Origin: Rhizodiscina lignyota
Lineage: Eukaryota
Direction of reading: 5' to 3'
Length of the DNA: 64,000 nt
Assembly (NCBI GenBank): GCA_010015805.1
Contig: ML978122.1
Span: 1,584,453 to 1,648,452, forward strand
Shown: in pieces, positions 12,393 to 27,093 of the stretch
Layout of the letters: the number at the start of each line of letters is the position of its first letter
How positions within the stretch are numbered: the first letter of the stretch is position 1
The notes under the pieces: generated by a model
What the model was told of the DNA's origin: nothing
Seen by the model: only the letters and a program-made list of their open reading frames with translations
Databases searched by the model: none
Program-made: the position numbers and the translations under genes

Positions 12393-14948
12393 ATGTTCTG
12401 TCCCAAGGTCATGTATCTTTTCGTATTTCTTGTTCATTATTTAGCATCGGTAACCGCCTTCGAACTATGGTCGTCGAATCCAGCAGATTCCTTCCTGGTC
12501 TTACAACAAGGATACCCGCTCGGCAATGGAAAGCTGGGAGTGATACCGCATGGCCCTCCCGGTAATGAAAAGCTGAACTTCAATGTCGATTCATTGTGGT
12601 CTGGAGGTCCCTTTCTTTGGAGCAACTATACCGGCGGTAACCCAACACACCCAAAGGATCAATATCTTCCCAGCATCCGTGAGTGGATATTTCAGAATGG
12701 TACCGGAAATGTCACCCAACTTCTGTCGACGCCTTATGACGGATATGGATCCTACAGAGTGCTTGCGAACATGACTGTTGCAATTGAAGGCGTCAGTTCC
12801 GCGACTTCGTATCGAAGATCAATTGACCTTGGCACCGGTGTACACACGACCAAGTTCACTGGCAACGACAAGAAGACATACACTAGTACCGTCTATTGCT
12901 CGCATCCTGCTCAGGTCTGCGTCTACGTGCTAGAGTCCGATCAGAGTATGAGCGAAATTACCCTTGGCCTCGAAAACACATTCGTGGGCTCGGACCTACA
13001 AACCATTTCGTGTGGATCTGACTACGTCCGCATGCAAGGTGTGACGCAGAAAGGCCCACCGCTTGGGATGAATTATGAGGCCATTGCCAGTGTCATGTCT
13101 AGCGGCTCGTACATGTCTATGTCCTGCACTAAGGGAGCCAACGCGACTCTGAAAATTAAACCAGGTGCCAGTACTCGATCGCTTACCTTTCTACTCGCTG
13201 GAGGAACGGATTATGACCAGAAGCATGGGAACGCCCGTTACAACTACTCCTTCCGTGGAGCGGAGCCAGGCCCTGCTGTCCAAAAGGCCATCCAGTCAGC
13301 AGGCAAAGATGAATCCGCTATTCGCAAAGCTGCCATCACTGATTACTCGGAACTTGCAAGCCAATTCTCCTTCATGCCAAACGCTGCCAACGACGCCTCG
13401 TACACGCAAACGGAGACTGCGGACCTCATTCTTGGTTACCCGCTCGATACTGGCAATGCATATGTGGACGCGCTTCTTTTCGAATACGGCCGGCATATGC
13501 TGATTTCATCCTCAAGAGATGGCCTCCCCACAAACTTGCTTGGCATGTGGGAAGAGACTCTTTCAGCACCTTGGAGTGCAGATTACCATGCTGACATCAA
13601 GTAAGTCTATCCGCATATCATTTTGTATAACATACTAAAACGAGTAGTATCCAAATGAACTATTGGCCAGCAGACCAGACTGGACTGGGAGGCCTCAACC
13701 AGCCGTTATGGGACTACATACAAGATACGTGGGTGCCACGCGGAACGGAGACCGCGCAACTCTTGTATGGAGCTCCAGGTTGGGTTGTTCATGATGAAGT
13801 CAACATATTTGGACACACTGGTATGAAATATGATGCAACGTGGGCCGACTATCCCGCGGCGGCAGCTTGGCTGATGCAGCATGTATTTGACCATTATGAC
13901 TTCTCGCGCGATTCTGCTTGGCTGCAACGGCAAGGTTATCCATTACTGAAAGGCATCGCCCAATTTTGGCTATCGCAATTGCAGGAGGACGGTTATTTCA
14001 AAGACGGCACTCTCGTCGTCAACCCTTGCAATTCGCCTGAGCATGGAGTAAGTTCTCCATTTGGTGAATACCAAGTTTGAATTTTGCTAATTTGGCCCGC
14101 TCAATATAGCCCACAACTTTCGCATGCGTGCACTATCAGCAATTGATTTATCAGGTCTTCACATCCATCCTTCAGACTGCGCCTGTTGCAAATGACCACG
14201 ACGAGGCCTTCCTTAGCAACGTCTCCAAGACCCTTCCGCGACTCGACAAAGGGCTTCATATCGGAACCTGGGGTGAGATTAAAGAATGGAAACTTCCTGA
14301 TTCTTTCGGCTACGACTTTGAAAACGACACCCATCGCCACCTCTCCCACCTCATTGGCTGGCACCCGGGTTTCGCAATATCTGCTCTCGAGGATGGCTAT
14401 ACTAATGCCACTATTCAGTCAGCTGTCGCTACAAGTCTGTACAGTCGTGGTAATGGGACCGGGCCTGAGTAAGAAATCCCAGAATCACTCTTTGATTTCG
14501 TACTGACACACTGTGTAGTGCTGACGCCGGGTGGGAGAAGGTGTGGCGTGCGGCGTGCTGGGCAAGGCTGAACAACACAGACATGGCGGACTTCGAGCTG
14601 CGATATGCCATCTACGAGAACTATGCCGGCAACGGGTTCAGCATGTACACTGCTCACGACTTGCCTTTCCAAATTGATGCCAACTATGGTATCATCGGCG
14701 CCATGCTGAACATGCTTGTCATCGATTTGCCTGCAATAGGAAGCAGCGCTAGTAAGAAGGTAGTCTTGGGCCCGGCTATTCCAGCGAGGTGGAAGGGAGG
14801 AAAGGTTACGGGGCTACGCATTCGTGGTGGTGGGAGCGTTGATTTCGAATGGAATGATAGTGGGCTTGTGACTTCGGCAAGTGTAAAGGGAGGTGTGAAG
14901 GGTATTGAGTTGGTTGATCGTGACGGGAAGCTGTTGGCTCGGTCGTGA
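12393..14948 (+). CDS. Secreted GH95 alpha-L-fucosidase
   Basis: Signal peptide; motifs [38 protein letters not shown] (across intron 13601-13647), [22 protein letters not shown]. Three introns. Start is 12393 or 12411. Confidence 0.93.
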
Positions 14949-15557
14949 GTTTCGAAAGGTATGCTTGTAATGCGTGTTTTATGCTGTGTGGGGTTCGCTA
15001 ATCATGGTGTAGAGCAATATCTGAAGCTTGTAGTAACAGTGGTGAATGCAACTTGCCAAGAAAGCCCAATTCAAGTATCCCGGAAGTTCGAGATATGCCG
15101 GTTGCTTGTCTTTCAGTGAATCAGAGGCGCCTCATGCCTTGGCTGACCACTCATGCGACTTCACCACGAGAAGGTGCTTCTGTGTTCTCGTGTGGCCAAT
15201 CGTTCAAGATCGCAAGTGTGGTCTCACTCAAGTTCCAAACACCTGTGTAGGATTGCGTGAATAAACTGGTCCCCGGTGTTGCCTCGTTTTTGCTTGCGCG
15301 TACTGGCCAACTTACGCTTCGCCTTTTCGTGAATACACACTTGCACACACTTTGCTGGTGTATATATATCTCACTCGTTTCAAGGCTCCTCTTCATTCTT
15401 CCACCATCGTTCTCACATAACCTCTGGCACCTCGCATCTCAAAGAATTCATACTATTCACACTTCGAAGCTGAGCACGGCAACACCACGCTACTCTTCTC
15501 TCTAAAAAGTCAAGGACCTAGCACAAATCGTTTGCACGGAGTCACACCTTCTACAAC

Positions 15558-16478
15558 ATGAATCCTTCTACGATGAACACACTCACCAAGATGGCCCGGG
15601 ACAGCTCGACCCCTTCCCTTAAGCCACCACTCGTCGCCGGCAATGTCAAGATCATCAACATATCCGCTTCTGGAAAGATCCAGCAGATCGTCATATCACG
15701 GAAGAAGCTCATCGACTTCTCGCGGTGGGCCGAGGAAGAGCTTGAGGGAATACCAATGCGCCCTATGGTGGAATTACGCCTTCCACATCCGGTGGTCCCG
15801 GCAGCTCTTGCAATCGTAGTCAACTGGATGAACAAGGTCTGGGGAAAGCGACCCACGACTCCCATCGCTATCTCCGACATCCAGGATATCAACTACGACA
15901 AGGCACTGCTTGTGTATCAGATCATTCACATGTTCGACATCAAAGCACGGGCCGTGACTACGGATCTCTACCCTTGGTTCACATCATTTTTCAAAGAGGG
16001 CAACAAACTCACAGCATATCAAATATGGAATACGTGGCACACATTCCGGCCTAACATCTCCATTGTCTCAAACATGACCCGCTCAGTGGCCCGTCGTGGC
16101 TGGGATGACTTTCCTGCAGATGAACAAGTCAAATTGGAGGAGCTTGGCGAGAAAGAGCCTGAGTTTCTCGAGCAGGTGCACGAACATGAGCAAAAATACA
16201 TGGAGTACCTTGAGCGCGTGGAGAAGCGTGCTCAACGCGCAGAAGCTAAGGCCAAGCGAGAGGAGCAACAGGCGAAGTGGGCGGCAAAGCAGGCTCGCCA
16301 TCAAGCGTACCAAGGAAAGAAGCAGGCTGTGGTGGGAGACCAGCACGAGCGGAGGGCATTGGCGGCGGATGGACAGCAGCTGCTTTCTGACAAAGATGCA
16401 TTCCACGTAATGCGAGGCGGTGTCGCGTTTGCGACTATTGTAGAGCCGAAGTCGAAGACTGTCGCGGAGGCTGCATAG
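15558..16478 (+). CDS. Hypothetical protein with a charged coiled-coil C-terminus (possibly divergent BTB-like N-terminus)
   Basis: 306-aa intronless ORF with an E/K/R/Q/A-rich helical tail. The BTB-like call is only a loose pattern impression. Confidence 0.7.
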   Translation: MNPSTMNTLTKMARDSSTPSLKPPLVAGNVKIINISASGKIQQIVISRKKLIDFSRWAEEELEGIPMRPMVELRLPHPVVPAALAIVVNWMNKVWGKRPTTPIAISDIQDINYDKALLVYQIIHMFDIKARAVTTDLYPWFTSFFKEGNKLTAYQIWNTWHTFRPNISIVSNMTRSVARRGWDDFPADEQVKLEELGEKEPEFLEQVHEHEQKYMEYLERVEKRAQRAEAKAKREEQQAKWAAKQARHQAYQGKKQAVVGDQHERRALAADGQQLLSDKDAFHVMRGGVAFATIVEPKSKTVAEAA

Positions 16479-17139
16479 AGGACGACTGGATCACTTCGTT
16501 ACTTCCTTTTTTACTTCCTTCTACAAATGACTTCAAATCAGAAGCACTCCGGCGTTGTTTCATGACTGTCTTTTAGGAGAAACAATGAGAGGTCCATAGG
16601 AAAATCAAGATTTTGGAATCATACTAAACCCTTTCTTTGTCACTTCATCGCCATGGTAATGCTCTATTGTGCAGTTCGGGATTCGAATAGCAACTCTGAA
16701 CAAGATGACGATGACGGTCCAAAACACTTCCAAAGCCTTGGAGAGGCTTTAACAAGACAAAAGTCGCGACTTCTAGTAAGGCATGTTCCAGCTGGGCCCG
16801 CCTGAGAGTGACAAAGGTTGCGCAACTTGGACGCATCTAACTGCTAAGATGCACGGTATTTTCGATTATGATTGGTTATGTTCATTCAGACTGTGCGGCT
16901 TTTACAGGTGGCGGCTAAGGCATATTGCATTGAGCTTTCGTTGATGTTCTTCCTTCTGTTGAAGAGCAAAACACATCCATGCTACACGCTTTCCATGGCC
17001 ATAGAGGTCAACAATCTGTTACTCTCGAGGTCGGGTGAAGGTATTGTCCTTGAAGATGAGTGAGCCGTCTCAAAAGAGCGCAAGTTTCACATTGTAGAGA
17101 GCCAAATGCGATCAGTTTTAAAGCAGCTCTGAAATGTGA

Positions 17140-18534
<1,395 letters not shown>

Positions 18535-18990
18535 ATCTAAAAGTTCATTCCGTCCTGCATGTAGATACCTATGGGAATTGTCAAAAAGTTTTTGGGTTCT
18601 GTGGTTGAAGCATTTTGTCTTCGTTTATGTGTTGTTGCGAAACGATACCCCCTGATTGGTCACGTTGAACTGGAGAGACGCTGTCAGGGTTCACGGATCT
18701 TGCCTCGATGTTTGCCGATACTGTAGCTTCACAGCTGATAGAGGAACCAGGTTGCTAACCTCCAAGTACCACAGGATCTGCCTGCCGAGGAGATATATCC
18801 GATATATAGATGCCTTTCGATTGCTAGTTGTCACTACAGCGCTCTCACCACGGCCGCTTACTACATAGATTCTAGATACAGGCAAGTCCCGGCCAGCATA
18901 ACCTTTTTAGGCATCTGCTCGATTCTAGAAAGTTCAGGGGTCCAAGTTAAACGACACGCCGTTTTAACCACTAAGGACACCTAGAATGGC

Positions 18991-19479
18991 TCACAGGAGA
19001 CCGCTAAGGGGTGCCAACAGTCTAGCAGCTAGGCTTGGCCTGCTATATGTCCGCTCTAGCCTGAGGGATTTCAGCTTCCAACTGTTGTTGGTGAATTGCC
19101 ACGTCTCGTAGTAATAGCCCCCTCCTCTGACTTCAAGAGGAATGATTCCAAGGACAGAAGGATAGATAATTTGATCTTCCATGCACCAAATGGCCTCAAC
19201 GTCCCCGTTTGGTATTTCTTCTAGCTCACCACAACCGACGTGATGCAATGTCTGGGCGCTTCGAAATAGACTTTGAAGGTCGTGTACGAAATCCGCGGGG
19301 GAGATGTAGTTGAAGTTAAATGATCCGCTGCTCTGGATTGAACCATCTGGGTTATGAAAGGAGAGTGTGGCATCCGGTAATGCAATAGCTTCCAAGGCGC
19401 TCCATTGTTTAGTATCGATGTATCGGCAATATTTGGCTTTCATGGCTCGAATACCATCAGCGACTTCGTGTGAGACCAT
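18991..19479 (-). CDS. SnoaL-like / NTF2-fold protein (BaiE/scytalone dehydratase-like)
   Basis: Motifs IRAMKAKYCRYIDTKQW, TLHHVG, AIWCMED, GGGYYYETW, WKLKSLRLER. ATG at 19479. Confidence 0.85.
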   Translation of the reverse strand: MVSHEVADGIRAMKAKYCRYIDTKQWSALEAIALPDATLSFHNPDGSIQSSGSFNFNYISPADFVHDLQSLFRSAQTLHHVGCGELEEIPNGDVEAIWCMEDQIIYPSVLGIIPLEVRGGGYYYETWQFTNNSWKLKSLRLERTYSRPSLAARLLAPLSGLL

Positions 19480-19699
19480 TGTTGGGTGCTCTAAAGGCCG
19501 GGGGAATTGATGCAATGGGAATTTGAATTGGAAATTGCAACAACGCCGATTTATCAGGCGCTGTCTCAAGGGTGTCAATGAGTCAATTAAATACCGATTA
19601 TTTATGGGCAAAAGGCATGCCGACGGATGAATTTATTGATCCGCCGGCGTCGCCATGCGCGAAGACTCCGCTGCGATGGATGGGCACAGTGGAGGAAAT

Positions 19700-19709
19700 G
19701 GGGTCTCCG
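19700..19709 (-). promoter_or_regulatory. Putative cluster-TF site CGGAGACCCC upstream of the SnoaL gene
   Basis: Instance of the CGG-N2-3-CCCC motif recurring in cluster promoters. Confidence 0.5.
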
Positions 19710-20106
19710 GTCATGTTGCGGGCCGCGCCAGAGCGCGCTAAACGTGCGAAGTGATATTGTTGTGTCTAACAGAGCCTCATACTTTCTTAGCAAGCAAACT
19801 CAGATAACGAGACCTGCGGAGTAGGCTGTCGTGTATACAGAGCAAAATCCTTCAGCGCTCTATTCGAATCACCTGGCATCTCGGAGGAACCAGGATGTTC
19901 TCGTAATGAAGTTCATCGAAGCACTGAAAAACCGGAGAGCAGATGCGTCCCATTTTCTGAACAGCGATACCAAAGCGGCTTCGCTGGTGCTCATCTTTCA
20001 GCGCCAGAGAAGGGCGTTGAATCTCGTCTACTGGCACAACATGATCCTTACCCTTTTCTAGATCTCTTCTGAGTATATTATTGTTATTATCTAATTTCAA
20101 GATCGT

Positions 20107-22914
20107 CTAATGTAGGATTTGATAGAGACGGAATGCCACACTTGCCCTAAGTCCTGAGAGTAACTGCTGCCCTCGTGTTAGGGAAGATATCGCTTTGTGG
20201 CTGCCCTGGCTCTGTGAAGCATCCTTTGACCATAGGACAAGAGTAGAGAAAAAAATGGCATACGGTATGTAGGGATGCTCTGCCGTGGCTGTTTGGCATG
20301 CGCGTTTGATGCTTGGCCCTTGGTCTGAGTCCAGGTATGACTCGGGACTGCCACTGTGGCTTGCAGAATCAAAAATGGACGATTCACGCCCGTACATCCA
20401 CTCGACGAGAGTTATAAGACAGCAGGCATGCCAAGAAGAAATCATCCCATTACTGTTCGCTGCCCACGCTAGCACCTCACGCTGCTCTTCTTTAAGAGTG
20501 CTCCTCTGATTACTGGTCAGATCATTCTGTCTCGAGCTGTACGAGAAGTGTCGATGGAGCAGCTCGAGATCCGCATGGATAACCAGATTTATGCAATGGT
20601 AGATAATCAGATTTTCAGGAGCCGCTCGACCAGAGCCAAGTTCCATTTGGAGCCATTTTTCGCAGGCCAGAGTCACGTAATCACGCTTTGACAGAGGATC
20701 CCCCGGCGACGGGCCGGCTCTTGTGATGGAAGATGCCGAGTCACGCACGACAAGCCAAACGGAAGGGCCGAGCGCCGCTAAACAGCTAAGCCCACGCGGT
20801 CTCGAGTCTGAGCCCGACATGATTTGTGCAGGCGTAAGCATCCATGTCAGAGTCTCAGTCAGACGAGTTGCATGATCCTTCTGAGGATCCTCACTTCCCG
20901 ACCTGCGGCAGAGCATATCGATATATTTTGATGATAGCGCCGGTGGTCGTCTTGCAAGAAGCACGCGATACAGATCCAAGATGATCAGTGCCTCAAGTAC
21001 GCTGGTGTCAGAGTAAATATCCAACCGTGTTTGACAAGCAGGAAGTGCAGAACCAACCTAATGTCGACTTTGGTGTAAGCAGTCTCCTTTTTCGAGAGAG
21101 CATAATGCTGCGCCGCCTCTAGCAAATGGCCGTGGTATGCCTCCGCAAACTCGTGAGTCCTCCTGTCGCCGCTGCAGTAGCCGTACAGTTCTAGCAGGAT
21201 GAACTACCGATTGTCAGACAAAAAAATGTCCCTTTTTGCCGGAATAGAGTAGCGTGAGGAGTCATACTGTCTTCACAACCACCAGCCACTCCGATGGATC
21301 ATTCGAAAGTTCGTCGACAGATGTGCTGCAATTGAACTAGTGGAGAAAGTCAAAAAGTCAAGCACGAAACTTAGGCGTACGGAGGATTGAACAACTACCT
21401 TCCTCAAAACCAGCCTCCTCGAATCATTATACATGGCCATGGCCATCTTGAGGCTTCCTTCGACAGAACAAAAGAGCCCTCCAACGGCCGCTAGTGCTAG
21501 AACGTAATGCGCGTCAGGATGTCGGCCGAGACATAGATCCTCAAATATGGGAAAGGACGGAGGAATATGCCTCCAAAACAGATTCAGAAAAATTTTCAGA
21601 ACTTGTGCGTCGTAGATGGCTAGATTTGGTGGATCGGAATAGTACAGCTTGCCAGACGTTTCGTCCGCCTCGGATGGACTGGATGTGCGCGAATGATGAT
21701 TAAAGTACCGACGGATCATAGACGAAAGTAGCGGAAAGTCGGGCGGTAGGTCATGGCAGGTATTTACGAGCTCTTGCGGCGGCTGAGGCATTGTCCCTAG
21801 CAGGCCCAAGAATGGCCCTTCTATAAGCTCAAAGGGGTCAGAACGATCCATGAAAGCCCCTGAAATCTAGACATATATCAGCACCGCTACCGGGTCAGGA
21901 GAAACGAGGTTAAGGAATTCTCATCGTACAGAAGTTTGTGAGACAGCAGGACAGTATCCATCTGCGTCGAAGCCAGTGCCGAACCACATGGCCATGGCGT
22001 CTTGGGCGAACAGACCGGAGTCACCGAGGACTCCTCCGACAGAGGGTCTTTCGATGCTCTGGCAAGGCTCACACGGCTGTGTCCTTGGAAGAGCCAGATA
22101 GGCAGGTTGGGTTCCAGCAGGCAGAGCTAGGCTTCGATTCTCGGCCACCCATAGACCACTCTGAGTGCACGGCTCGGTGCTCGTAGACATCTGCTCCACT
22201 TGGAAAACAGAGTTTGAATCTGAGGACGGGGATGGGTCGACAGTGTGTTCTTGAGACCCGCAAAACGCACTTTCGGCGGTCGCGGTGACCGGCCACAGAG
22301 GTGTAGCTTGATGTGCATCTCTTGTCGACTCGGAGAAAAAGCACTGCAGGCCACTCTCTTGACAAGATTGACACGGCTCTCTTCCACTGCAGCGAATCTT
22401 GCGCCTCCGGCAGTGGTCACACGCGACGCGAATCCTCTTTCGACTGGTGCCGCCGCCGTACGCATCTAGGTCGCCTTGTCCCCAGGCATCCTCAGCATGG
22501 CACGTCTCTAGATGCAGCTTCCGCACATCTGCACGGCGAAAGGACCGGTCGCAACACGGACACCGGAACGGCTTTTCGTTAGTATCTATGAGACAGATGT
22601 CAGTGGTGTGCTCGAGCATTGGGTCGGTTCAAATACATACGGGTGCGTCGGTGTCGTAGCAAGTGCTCCGAACGTGCGAAGCGTGCTTGGCATATATCAC
22701 ACTGAAGAGCAGCCAAAGGTCAGCCCAGGTCAGTCATTTTGGCCCCAGACGGTGCAGAGAGGTGAAGGCCAAGGCACATCGCAGATTGGCAGATTGGCGA
22801 AGATGGAGCTGACATTGGGCCCAGCAATTCAGCATTCGAGTCGACAGGAAGACATACTGTTTTGTCCTTCCGCGGCGCAGAGTGCCCTGTCTTTGTCGCC
22901 GTCGCAGACTGCAT
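20107..22914 (-). CDS. Hybrid transcription factor: two C2H2 fingers, Zn(II)2Cys6 domain and fungal TF regulatory domain
   Basis: Spliced reading gives CDICQARFARSEHLLRHRRTH, then TNEKPFRCPCCDRSFRRADVRKLHLETCH, then ACDHCRRRKIRCSGREPCQSCQESGLQC. About six GT-AG introns keep the frame to the stop at 20107. The start at 22914 is inferred from intron 22702-22857. Confidence 0.88.
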
Positions 22915-23255
22915 CCTCTGCCGCGTCCACTGCAGCAGCCCGTCAACTTCTAGGACGAGGAACCCAAAAGTCGTGGTTCGAACACCACAAGAGAAAGGCA
23001 AACAGAGGATGCGGGCGGCATGCGGGGAAGTCCGGGGAAAAGTGGGTTGGTTGGTTTGGGGTTGATTTGGGGGGTGGCGCCGGGTGGTTCGTTTGTCCAA
23101 CAAGTCAGACGTCGCCCTCTCAAAGAGCACCGTTATCCGCGAGACTCCCACACCAACACCTGACGAGCTTTGAGCGTGTGGTCTCACATGCACCAGATAC
23201 CAATCTGGTTCGATGGGGCATTGGAGGCTCCCGGCGCTAAGGATGGGCGTGGGAT

Positions 23256-23285
23256 GGGGTACCGGCACTAGTGACGGGGGTTCCG
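23256..23285 (-). promoter_or_regulatory. Two putative sites (CGGTACCCC, CGGAACCCC) upstream of the hybrid TF
   Basis: GGGGTACCG at 23256-23264 and GGGGTTCCG at 23277-23285. Confidence 0.5.
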
Positions 23286-23378
23286 ACATGACTTGCATTT
23301 GCAGTTACTGTATGTCCATCGACACGCCTTAACAACACCCTTGGTTGAAGAGTCGGCACAATCGCCAGTTGTCTTCCT

Positions 23379-23972
23379 CTAGGCGCTGAGGTGTTTCTGA
23401 CTTGCCGGAATATCGTTGTTTTTGCCGAGGTCCTCCCGCAATGTCACGCCGTTGACGACAACCGGCTGGCAGTCTTGCAACACAAAGATCATCCTGGCCC
23501 ATTCGCTGTCTGATGTGTTCCGCCATGCATGCGATGTACCACGCTGAACACACACATCTCCAGCCTTCATGATCCTCTTCTCCCCGGATTCGAGGATGGC
23601 CTCCACACTGCCGTACACAACAATACCAAAATCAAGACTGCGTGTGCGGTGCATCATGCTCTCCGGCCCTGGGGCAAAGTCGACCGCTCTGCACACGCTC
23701 CCACCAGGGTTCACTAGGCCGATGTCGCCGCTGCTCATGATTGCCTGATGCTTGTGAATATCCTCATCGTTATTCAAGGATGGCGGACTCTCGCAGGTGG
23801 TATAAAGAACGGCAAAACTCATCGTGTTGCCGTGGAAAGCTTTCCAGTGCGCTGGTCTGGATGATACAAAATATTCCTTGCCGGAAGCATCGTGCCCCGT
23901 GATATTGACGTTGACTTCGGGAAGCCCTTGGGACAGTTGATTCGTATTTTCAATCCCGGCTTGCGGTGCCAT
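23379..23972 (-). CDS. Cupin-domain protein (Cupin_2, fungal metabolic-cluster type)
   Basis: Motifs ITGHDASGK, DFAPG...MHRTRSLDFGIV (motif 1) and GDVCVQRGTSHAWRN (motif 2). Intronless. Confidence 0.9.
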   Translation of the reverse strand: MAPQAGIENTNQLSQGLPEVNVNITGHDASGKEYFVSSRPAHWKAFHGNTMSFAVLYTTCESPPSLNNDEDIHKHQAIMSSGDIGLVNPGGSVCRAVDFAPGPESMMHRTRSLDFGIVVYGSVEAILESGEKRIMKAGDVCVQRGTSHAWRNTSDSEWARMIFVLQDCQPVVVNGVTLREDLGKNNDIPASQKHLSA

Positions 23973-24287
23973 CGTTAATGTTGCGCGAGGTAGCTTTGCA
24001 CCGTCTGGATTCTAGATCACAGTTAAACACAAATGACTTTTTTGTTATGAGCAAGGAGCAGAAAACGATGACCCTGGGTGACTTGTCGTCACGGTTATCA
24101 GTCTACTTATGGTGATACGTGATGGAAGATTCAAACCCTCGAATCTCAGGATGGGATCTGGGGCCATCCGGCTTCCCCCCAATCCATCCGTCCACCACCC
24201 CTGGGTTGCTTTACTTACTTTCCCCACGAAGTCACTCATTCTATTATCCGAAGTAGTCCGTCGAATGCCCAGTGGCGTCTTGCCCTT

Positions 24288-24323
24288 CGGTACCCCACGT
24301 TCGAACTTGACTTGCGGTGCCCC
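24288..24323 (+). promoter_or_regulatory. Two putative sites (CGGTACCCC, CGGTGCCCC) in the cupin/monooxygenase divergent promoter
   Basis: At 24288-24296 and 24315-24323. A further CGGCTTCCCC lies at 24169-24178. Confidence 0.5.
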
Positions 24324-24646
24324 ACGGGGTTGTAGTGAACAGATTGATCGAACGACGGCCGAAGCTTCCGAACGGGTTGCCGTGGGACATAGGGGCTGGG
24401 ACTGAGTTTCGCATCACTGGAGGAGCTGACTGGCCTCACAACGGCTGGCTCAGACAGGAGATGGAGGTGAAACCGAAGCGCACCATGCAAGATTATAAGT
24501 CCATCTGTCTGCTGTCCTTGTAATCGGTTTAGGCAGCTGGGCCTGTGTCTTTTTTCTGCCATTTCTTCTTCTTTTTATTACATTTACTTCAAACTGCTGG
24601 AACTTTGAAACACTTATCCCCTGATTTAAGAGAAGGAACTGTGAAG

Positions 24647-27093
24647 ATGTCAAACACCGATCTAACGGGAATCTTGCCAGGGCTTGTTACCTGTAGAGTC
24701 TCGATCGTTGGCGGTGGGATCGGGGGTCTTACGGCTGCCATAGCCCTGCGCCGAGCAGGACATGAAGTACATGTGAGCAAGTCCGATTCCTTCCTGGCAT
24801 CAGCTGGTATATGGACGCGTGTTAACCCCGTTGACTCACAGGTTTACGAGCAGTCAAGCTTCGCAAGTGAAACCGGTGCGGCAATTCATCTTACTCCAAA
24901 CGCAAACAGTGTCCTTCACCAGTTAGGGGTTGATCATGAAGGCAATGGTGGGGATCGACTTGGCATGGTAAGTAGGTTGCTGGTTACTCGGGTCTGCTCC
25001 AAGTGATGTGGCTCATATTGCGCCGCAGGTGCGCTTTTATAACTCTGCTGGAGACCTCCTGAGAACCCTGGACGTGACAGCTCAGGCTCATCGCTGGCAA
25101 ATGGTAAGAAGGAGGCTCTGGAATCTTCGGAAAGTCTTCAAGTCTCTGATTTTTCTCAGAACTGGCTCCAAACATATCGAATTGGCCTGCATCGTCACCT
25201 AAAGGAAACTGCCCTGTCACTGGACGGTACCGGGGCTCCAGTCCAACTCCACACATCAAGTCGGATAATGGCCGTGAATCCACACAAGGCCATAATCACC
25301 TTGGAGGGCGGGGAGACTATTAAAGCAGACGTCGTCGTTGGAGCTGACGGCGTCCGATCCCGGGCTCGGCTTGGAATATCCGAAGAAAGAAAGTTCGTAG
25401 CGGAGAAAGCAATCCAGAATGCCTTTCGGTTCATGATTCCGATCCAAAGAATCAAGGACAATCCACAGACAACCAACTTTCTGGATACCCTGAACTCTAT
25501 GGACATGTACTACGCCGACGACCGCAAAGTTGTCCAGTACCTCTGTGAAGGCGGAACCTCAGTCAATTTTGTCTGTTGCCATCCCGCTCACCTCACCGGT
25601 GAGTATCAGGAGGGCTACAACCATAAGACGTCAATAGGGGCCTTAATCGAGGTATACAAGTCCTTTAAACCGGCTCTGCTGGATGTGATGGCGCTGGTAG
25701 ACGAAGCCGACCTCAAAATCCATCCACTTCTGGACATAGACACGCTTCCAACCTACACGAATGACAGGCTAGTCGTGTTGGGAGACGCAGCACACCCTTT
25801 CACGCCTCATCTGGCCCAAGGTGCAGCCATGGCAATAGAGGATGGCGCCTCACTTGGTGTCATGTTGTCTGGACTGGATACCAAGGATGACATCCCGGAA
25901 CGGCTGCAACTGTACAACAAGGCTCGCCATGGAAGAGCATCACTAATTCAGGACATGTCCCGCATGACGGGCCATGAACCAACTCGATCCAACAGCGGCG
26001 CTCAGATTCAGAAATGGAAAGGTGAGATACATCGGTCCCCTTTCAACTCAGCGAGCTACGAACTTACCTGAACGCTCTCATAGTTCACGAATTTCTTTTT
26101 TATGGGTTTAGCCATGACGAGATCCACTTTTCATCGCAGATACTCCGAGAATATAAATGGTCCAAAGCGCCGAGACTCTATTGGAGACAGCCGATTTGTT
26201 TCGGGCCGCTGGCTGGGCCTCGGCAGGCAGGCTTAGTGTTTCCTCGTCCTGATGGCCTTTCCACCGCGGTTTCTATAACTGCTTCCATCCGCTTTCGCAC
26301 GAGCGCGACTCTACTACGCAATCTGTTCCCTTCTCCCGCGTACCGGTTTTCCGAAACGGACACGGTTGCCGAAGCTAGTTTCACGTTTCAAACGATTGAC
26401 AACTTGAGCTGGCTAGGACACAAAGGATACGAGCTGGTCATGTTCCAGATCCACGGCGTACAGGTCGAGAGCAGAGATGGCCATTTTACCAAGGGGTCCT
26501 ACATTGCTGTGGTCCTGGAGAACCTTGCAGATCCGATTGTTTCTGGTCGTGAGGAACTTGGCTGGCCGAAGCTGTATTCCGAGATCAACTTCAACCATAA
26601 CGCCGGCGTGGGAGGCGATCTGGCCGTCGAGCTATCTTGGAGAGGTGTGAAATGGGCGTCGTTCTCTTGGAAGCAGCTGCGGGAAACCGAGAACTCGCAT
26701 CGGCCGACGCCTGCCCTTGTTCACAGTGACGTGCAGTCGAATGGTACCCATTTCAACAACAACAGCCACTTGAACGGAGCGAGCCGCGAGCAACCCGGGC
26801 AAGAACACATGTTCGTGCATAAGTACATTCCCGCAACTACGGACTCCCCATGCAAGGCGCTTGCTGATGCAGACTACACTGTTCTGATTCCTCCAACCAA
26901 ATCCAAGGCGGAGTGGCAGCAGGTAGCGTCCGATGCCGGCTTTGAGTTCCTGCCGCAGACAGACATGCAGCTCCCCACCTTGTCCCATATAGCTAACCGC
27001 TTGTCGGAGCTGCCCATGTTCGGGCTCGTCGAGGCTACAGTGAAGAAGGTAAATGGGCAGGACGACTTCTCAGCAGCCAAGAGACTCGAGTAA
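24647..27093 (+). CDS. FAD-dependent monooxygenase (salicylate-hydroxylase-like) fused to a C-terminal acetoacetate-decarboxylase-like domain
   Basis: IVGGGIGGL, VGADGVRS, LGDAAHPFTPHLAQGAAMAIEDG. Intron 26022-26083 joins in frame to WRQPICFGPLAGPRQ...ENLADPIVSGREELGWPK. Four introns in total. Confidence 0.88.
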
